A stretch of 64,000 bases of DNA, taken from contig CP068257.2 of assembly GCA_009914755.4 (NCBI GenBank), positions 21,216,001 to 21,280,000 on the forward strand, written 5' to 3'. Below, in pieces: positions 53,601 through 64,000 of the stretch. A program made the translations under genes and the position numbers. The notes beneath the pieces are model-generated. The model ran no database searches. It was not told the DNA's origin and worked only from the letters and a program-made list of their open reading frames with translations. The DNA comes from the human T2T-CHM13v2.0 reference genome, Homo sapiens. The number at the start of each line of letters is the position of its first letter. Positions within the stretch are counted from its first letter, which is position 1.

Positions 53601-56600
53601 ATGTTTTCACTAAATATTGGTAGAAGATGCTGTAATCTAGGACATTGTAAACCAAATTATTCTTACAGTTTAGAAGTTGATTTTTCAGAAATTCTGCAAA
53701 TTAGATTTTCATTATCTTAAATTATCTAATCACCTTATGGAGTAGAAGTGAGGAATTCTTGTGGAATTGTTTCCTGTCAATATGTATTATCATTGTCATT
53801 TGTTCATTATTATTTTTGGAATGAGGTACTCAATTTACCTTCCATTGAACTTCAGGCGCTATCTAAACTTTTTATTAGAAGGGAAGCATAATGCCTGAAA
53901 ACACTTTTGATATCATGATCTTGAGAACATTCAATGTAACACAGTCATCAGTTCTCAGAGACATAATTAAGAGTCAACCATTGGATTTCTGGTAAAGAAG
54001 AAACAACTTATTCACTTCATCTTCCTAAAGTATCTCACATTATTCTAGAAAACCAAGATTAATAAACTTATTCTTGCAACATAGAAAGTTAAATTTCCTA
54101 TATATATATATAAAATTTACCTTTAGTAATTGACATTTGAATAGTAACATATATTTCACCAAAATTACAGAAAAAATAAATATTTCCTCTGGAGACTTTA
54201 AATGTTAAATTTTAAATGTAAAAATTTGTCATGCTACTAATGAAAGCAAATAAGCCAAAACTGTACTCACATAAGGAAAGTTACAATATGCTCTGTGATA
54301 TAATTTATATCATTCTAATATAAGTGCTTATAAACTAGTAAGTTTTAAATACATTTTAAGTTAACTCTATTTTACCTTAAATTTGAATATGTGCAATTCA
54401 TATGGCAAGTATAAATATCAAATAGTTTAAATAACTGAATATATTTAGGTCTTCCCACTGTTGAATTTATTATAATATAAAATTTGTAAGTTAATTAAAC
54501 CATTTATTTTCCAAGCATAGATTTTTCTTCATAAATACATGCATATTATATGTATTCTCTAAATTCACATGTTAATATTTAGCCACCTCAAATTACCATT
54601 CTAAAAGTAATGATTTTTAAAAAAATCATTATTCAGTTACATTTATTAGTTAAATATATAATTAGACTTAGTTTTCTACCTAATATTTCTTCCACTCTAG
54701 TTTGGAAAAAATTTGCTTTAGCAAATAATTATCTAACTAGAAAAAAATAACATTCACTGGTATATCAGTATTGCCATTTTATAGTGGATCATGTTGATTG
54801 AGGATTCAGTTTAGCATTTTTCTTGGTACCATTCTGCTGAAGTTCCTAAAAATATCTTGGTAGCTGTTTTCTTGTTCATTCATGGAATTAGAACATTGGA
54901 ATTTGCCTAAGAAAGCTTCTCATAATCACAAAGTTTGGAGTTATGAATTATTTAGTTTTAATTAATCCATTCAACTTACCTGAATGTTCAGTCACATAAT
55001 TAGAATGTAATATTAACTATAGCTTAAGAAATATTTCTAAGAAGGTTTCAACAATGGAACACATTACTAGCTCTGCAGGAACAACAGGATTATTAATCGC
55101 TGGCAGGCCAGATGTAAATTGTCATTTTTAAAAAGAATTGTGGAGAAAAAAGACATAAATTCATTCAAATCCTCTTGCCTACGTTTTCTGCTTTGTGCCT
55201 GATTGCTTAGGAACCACAACTTCATAGAACTACAAATTGTAACAGCATATATATTTTTGTTAAATTCTCTCATTCCTTTGTCTCTCCAGATTCAAAAACT
55301 TATAATGGTTAAAGGAATAATGACAATACTATTACTACTAATAAAAATAACAATGATAATAATAATTGCTGCCAGTTAATGAGAACCTACTGTGAAACTG
55401 TAACTCTAATAGTTGTCATATTTTTACTCTTATAGTTTTTTTTATTTTTACTTTAATAGAGCAATGCTACAAAGTGATTTAATATTACACATATAGATAA
55501 GCAGATGGTGACTCTCCAATGTACTATCCTAGTGGGGCCAGTTTTTGAGTCCAGTTGAAAACTGTATATTTGATACAATATATGGCTTTAGGAAAAGAGT
55601 ATAATCTTTCAAAAATAAATAATGCCTCTGTAACACTTGGTAGAATTTCTAGCACCTAATAAAAACTAGGAACACTCATCACAATTTAGTTTATTAATGG
55701 TAGTTTAGTGACTTTTGCCATATTTCAGTTGAGTGAGATCAGTATCTTTTTTGTAAAGTCATAAAGAATTTAAGCCAGGACAACAGTTTGGTCTTTAATT
55801 GTAAAGACTATTTCCTGCCATGAAAGTGAGGCCTTGGTTAATTTTCTTTCACTAATGTACCTACTCTTTTATTTCATCAGAATTTATAGAGGAAAAATGA
55901 AGTTTTATATTGCAGTTATATCAAATAAGGGATTTCAGTTCATATGTGGATGCAAGGATCATAACTTACTATTTTAGGACCCTATTTCTGTTTATATAAC
56001 AGAAGAAATGAGCACAACTAAAAGTGTTTGAAACCACACATTGCCGTGACTAAAAGAAATATATCATTTGAAAAAATAATAAATCAATGTTTACACTGAA
56101 GATTTTATATTTGCTAACTTAAAGAAGATCCTAAATATTGATGATGGGCTGATTGGGCTTCAATATACAAACTTCAACATATTGGGCTTCAACATATAAA
56201 TTAAATTGCCTAAGAACTCAAAGGACCTTGTCATACAATTCAGGTGTTTTTCAAACACTATATACTTTCGTACAATAATCCATTACTCAAAAGAAGACAA
56301 TTGACACAAAAGCAATGTAAACAAATAAAAATAGAACAATGATTTCAAAGAAGGGGTAGAGCCTCATCTATCAGCACATATTTATTCTTGGATCCAGAAA
56401 ACAATTTGCCAATATCAGAACTAAAGAAGTATCCTCATTTGATAGCTTAGGAAATTGAAGTGCAGAAAATTTGAATGACTTTTTGCTGCTCCAAAAACCA
56501 ACCTGAAACAGATCTGTAATTAACCATAGGACTCCTGGACCCTGGTTCTGTCCTCTTCTAACGTGCATATTTTGTCACTCAGACATGTATCTTCTGTGTT

Positions 56601-57454
56601 CTCTTGATAAAATTATATTTCAGCAAAAGGCTGTTTTATAAAAATCATTTTACTAAAACCTAAAGGCAAATAAAACGTGAGGGGTGGGACATAGCAGTGT
56701 GGATGTAGCTAGCAAATACAATTGGAAAAGATTATTATTTTGCTAAAGTCGACTGACGTTAATAAATAAGAAAAGAAAAAGTCCATAAGATCTTATTCAT
56801 TATTGTTCCAGCAGGACACTGAGACATGAATGTTGAAAACACATTTTAATTAACAAGAATGAGCTGAGTTAAGGGAAGCCTCAGGGATACTGAACAAACA
56901 CTCAAGCCTTAGCAAATAGAAAAGTATTAACATCTTTGGGCCTGATGAACAAGAAAAGGGAATATAATTGTTGGAGCTTAATTGAGAGCTGCAACATTGG
57001 AGAGATGGATCAATGGGACTGGTGCTTCTAGAAGACATAGCCATTAACAGAACCATGCAGAGCCCACCAGTAATCACTGGCATCCTTTCCTGCCAAGGAA
57101 TTCAGGATGACTTTCATAAATATATTGTAACTGATGAAGTGTTGGTAAAAGAACAAGTAGCTATATTCTTTGGCAAGATATGTGCAGCTACTCCACGCTG
57201 CACACTAATATGAGTCTATGTTTTAACAATTAATCAAGATAATGAAAGTATGGAATCTTTATCGGAATAACATAACCAATTCAAAATGCTCGTTTGACTA
57301 TAATCTCTATAAATAAAAGGACTAAAAACATGAGCAGACAATCCAGATATATTACAATTAGTAAACCAAAACAGCTGGAGAAGTACTACACCTGACTAAT
57401 GTTTGTTAAAACAAAAACAACTGCTTATTATTAAAAAAAAGTCAAAGTTAAATA

Positions 57455-57810
57455 ACCTGTTTGATCACTATCTTAGCTCATTAAGGCTGCTATAACAAAA
57501 ATACCACAAACTGGGTAGCTTAAACAACAAATACTTATTTCTCACGTTCAGGAAGCTACAAAGTGCCCACAGATTTATGTTTGATGAAGGCCCATTTCCT
57601 TTCATAGACTGTTGTCATATAGCAGAAGAGGGGGCTAGGCAGCTCTCTGGGGGGTCTCTGATAAGGGCACTAAACCCATTCAAGCAGGCTCAACTCTCAT
57701 GACTTAATTACTTCCCAAGGGTCCTACCTTCTAAATCATCACACTGAATGTTAGGAATTCAACATACGAATTGGAGGGGGAACACAACTTTCAGTTCCTA
57801 ACAATCACAC
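57455..57810 (+). mobile_element. MLT1-type MaLR solo LTR, sense (internally shortened)
   Basis: cttagctcattaaggctgctataacaaaaataccacaaactgggtagcttaaacaacaaatacttatttctcacgttcaggaagctacaaagtgcccac...ggtcctaccttctaaatcatcacactgaatgttaggaattcaacatacgaattggagggggaacacaactttcagttcc matches MLT1 start and end motifs (gctataacaaaataccacagactgggtggcttaaacaacagaaatttatttctcacagttctggaggctgg...ttaggacttcaacatatgaatttggggggacacaattcag). Confidence 0.55.
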
Positions 57811-58482
57811 AATGAGATAACTATTAACATAGTCTATACTATAATACTGGAAATTAACATATATAATGTTAACAATAATCATAATCTAGTGGTAGAAGTG
57901 CATTTATCTATTTCTTCCATTTTTCTTTCCTGTCTAAAGTTTTAATAATCAACACAAATATTATTTATAATGGAAAAATTTTGAATAGGTGAAGTTTCAT
58001 GGAGTTATGAAAATATATACTAGACAATAGATTAAATCATCAGCACAATATAATATTAGGTTGATGCAAAAGTAATTGTGGGTCTTGTCAATGAAAGTAA
58101 CAGCAAAAACCACAATTATGTTTGCACCAACCTTTAAATTAAATGAAAAGATGTGTAATAATCAGAGGGTTTTACACATTGAGTTCTCTCAAATGTATAT
58201 ACTGCAATTGATTAAATTTTGTATATCAGTACAAATCTAATATGATCCTGTAATCCACCTAAATCCTTGAAATTCATATTACTATGTTATCCTAAAATAT
58301 AAATGTTGCCCAATTTAAAGATCTTACCTCCTAAAAATGTTATGATAATTTATATGGCTAAAATACTATTTTGTTTTCAATAGTATTACATGTTGACTTA
58401 TAAACAATCAAAATCAAACTGAATAATTATGATTTAATGTACTTTAATAACTTTCATATATTCATACACCATAACATATACC

Positions 58483-58608
58483 ATACCAATTAGTCAATAG
58501 CTGAGGTGGTGAGGATCTGAATTACTCCTCACTACCCTAACAAAATTGACCAACCTAAATCACCCCACTACCAAGCAACTAGAGTTCATGCATAGCACAG
58601 CAATGATT
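58483..58608. repeat. Copy 1 of a ~125-bp dispersed direct repeat of unknown family
   Basis: ccataccaattagtcaatagctgaggtggtgaggatctgaattactcctcactaccctaacaaaattgaccaacctaaatcaccccactaccaagcaactagagttcatgcatagcacagcaatg. Confidence 0.6.
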
Positions 58609-59175
58609 AATTAATAATATCTAGAGAAACATTATTGTGTTACTTAGTACTAGCAAAGTTGAATCATAAAGGAGGTAATTGGCAAATATATTACTTACAC
58701 CTAATTTTTTAGACCCAAATACCCTACACAGATAATTCAACTATTGCTGAAAATTAGCTAAAAGTCAACATGCATTTTACAGTAAACACAATTACAAGAT
58801 GCTAAAACTATTGTTTATAAAAATAAACAAAAATATTGTATATGACATAAAACACTTAGACATTTTATATTACAAACCAGAAATAAAACCAGAATTGTTT
58901 TCAGTTGTTTAAGCCTCCATGCTAATCTAATTAATTTACCAATTACAACAAAAACCATTGTAGGTAGACTTTTCGTGTAAGATTGAAATATAAAGATTAA
59001 GATAATAGCAATGATAAAAAAATTTCATTCTGCATGCTTAATTTTCATTATGTTATTTGATTCTGGAACTAATTTAGCAAGATATGTACTCTGTTTGTTT
59101 TTTTAATGTGAGAAAACTGAAGGTCAGAAATATTCTGTTAGAACTGTATTGCTTGTAGAAACACTAAGCCACTTC

Positions 59176-59300
59176 CATGCCAATTACTAAATAACTGGGG
59201 TTGTGAACTTCTTAATTTCTCCCCATTACCTTAACAAAATTGACCTGCCTGAATCTCCCTACAACTAAGCAACTAGAGCTCATGCACTTCACAGCAAGGC
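59176..59300. repeat. Copy 2 of the ~125-bp dispersed direct repeat, ~78% identical to copy 1
   Basis: ccatgccaattactaaataactggggttgtgaacttcttaatttctccccattaccttaacaaaattgacctgcctgaatctccctacaactaagcaactagagctcatgcacttcacagcaagg. Confidence 0.6.
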
Positions 59301-60017
59301 CTCTTCAACCTCTGCTCAGCACTATCATCAAAAGTTCTCAGTAGCAGAGCCTTGTGTCTCACCAACAGGTAGATACTGTACTTTCAGCATCAATTCTGCT
59401 AGATTTGGAGGTCTGAAACCAAAATAGTTTTATCATATAGAAGGTACTCAACATATCTTGAGATAAATTGAGTTTTCAGGTTTATTTCAGAAATGTTTAC
59501 TATTTAATATGATAAAGTTAATCAATACATAGGAAGCATACTAAGGATAAAATAAGGAAGCCTTGTTCTGTTCTCTGGCAGATTATAATGACAGTCCTAA
59601 TGAAATGGTAGATATCAAACTGCATTTTTATTAAAGTTATTGTTATTAGATAACATTGGAAACTTCTCCCTGAATATATATATCAAAATAAAGTTACTAG
59701 GAATGAGTAAGTTAACTGAATCTTTCTGTTTTGTTTCAGGAATAAGATAGGATAAAAAGCACACAGTGAACACTTGTGTATGAAAAGCATGCAAAAGCAT
59801 CCTTGAGTGAAATATTATTTTACAATATATTATTTCACACCAATTTCATTATTTTTTTAAAAATTCTGCAACTACTGCACACTTGATAGAGGTTTTAATT
59901 TTTAATGTAATTAATAAAATAAAAATATTTAATGGTATAATTAGTAGGAAACTTGGAGATTGCCAACCCAACTATTAGCTTGGTGCGGGTTTTCTGATTA
60001 ATAGTTATCTCATTAAG

Positions 60018-60090
60018 AATGAAAGGAAGAAGGAAAGAAGGAGAGAAAGAAGTAAGAATACATGAAAGAAAAAGGAAGGAAGGAATGTTT
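60018..60090. repeat. GA-rich (GGAA/GAAA-like) low-complexity tract
   Basis: gaaaggaagaaggaaagaaggagagaaagaagtaagaatacatgaaagaaaaaggaaggaaggaatg. Confidence 0.8.
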
Positions 60091-60357
60091 AATGAGTACA
60101 AAAAATGGTTATAAAAAATGTATGAAACCTACTATATCATAGCACAATAGGGTGACTGTAGTTAATAATAAATGAATTGTATACTTTTAAATAACTTAAA
60201 GACTGTAATTGGATTGTTTGTACCTCAAAGGATAAATGCTTGAGGAAATGGATGCTCTCCCCATCCAAAAAAAGAATGTTAGATATAAAATTATATGCCC
60301 AAGCAAACAAATAACCTTTTAAAATGTTGCTCTATAAAAAAGATATTTCAGCAATTA

Positions 60358-60460
60358 AAAAAGAAAGGAAGGAAAGACAAAGAAAAACAAGAAAGAAAGT
60401 AAAGAAATGAAAAAAGGAGAAAAAAGAAAAGAAAGAAAGAAAAGGAATTAAGAAACTAAG
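60358..60460. repeat. GA-rich (GAAA/GGAA-like) low-complexity tract
   Basis: aaaagaaaggaaggaaagacaaagaaaaacaagaaagaaagtaaagaaatgaaaaaaggagaaaaaagaaaagaaagaaagaaaaggaattaagaaac. Confidence 0.8.
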
Positions 60461-60469
60461 AGATTTGCG

Positions 60470-64000
<3,531 letters not shown>

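Noticed and set aside
58483-58608. The possibility that the C/A-rich ...ccctaacaaaattgaccaacctaaatcaccccactacc... segment is a nuclear mitochondrial DNA insertion
   Set aside because: I cannot place it in the human mitochondrial genome from memory. A second diverged copy 700 bp away argues for a nuclear repeat rather than a NUMT. It is kept as a finding under a different interpretation.

Overview
This window reads as hominid (human-like) nuclear DNA from an AT-rich, gene-poor interval. No CpG island is apparent. I found no convincing protein-coding exon and no RNA gene by eye. It is not a prokaryotic sequence, and no operon-like or defence-system-like organisation is present.

Nearly all recognisable structure is transposable-element derived. 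I assigned families from memory of consensus sequences, not from a database search.

- About 15 Alu SINEs are present, several with intact target-site duplications (TSDs). At least two are AluY-like.
- About 9 LINE-1 fragments are present. Young L1PA-type elements lie at 1380-2163, 24273-24733, 35441-36935, 45991-46270, 49899-50610 and 60470-64000. Older L1PB/L1MA-type 3' ends lie at 9470-10600 and 29557-30215.
- One full-length THE1/MST-type MaLR element (LTR-internal-LTR, 17417-19646) carries a 5-bp TSD.
- Two MLT1-type MaLR solo LTRs are present.
- Several tetranucleotide and dinucleotide microsatellites are present.

Every long ORF in the supplied track is either an L1 ORF2 remnant, an Alu or MaLR reading artefact, or lies in unclassified DNA without recognisable domains.

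The pieces that the repeat inventory does not explain are:
- a 1.7-kb GC-richer block (10791-12470) with an internal degenerate ~300-bp tandem duplication, flanked by a truncated Alu and a 90-bp L1 3'-terminal stub;
- a pair of ~125-bp dispersed direct repeats (58483-58608 and 59176-59300);
- an interleaved inverted-repeat module (25514-25624);
- a short pentameric satellite-like tract (48741-48806);
- a ~7-kb stretch with no recognisable interspersed repeats (50620-57450).

I see no evidence of a novel biological system. The most useful follow-ups are RepeatMasker/Dfam and cross-species conservation on the unexplained pieces.
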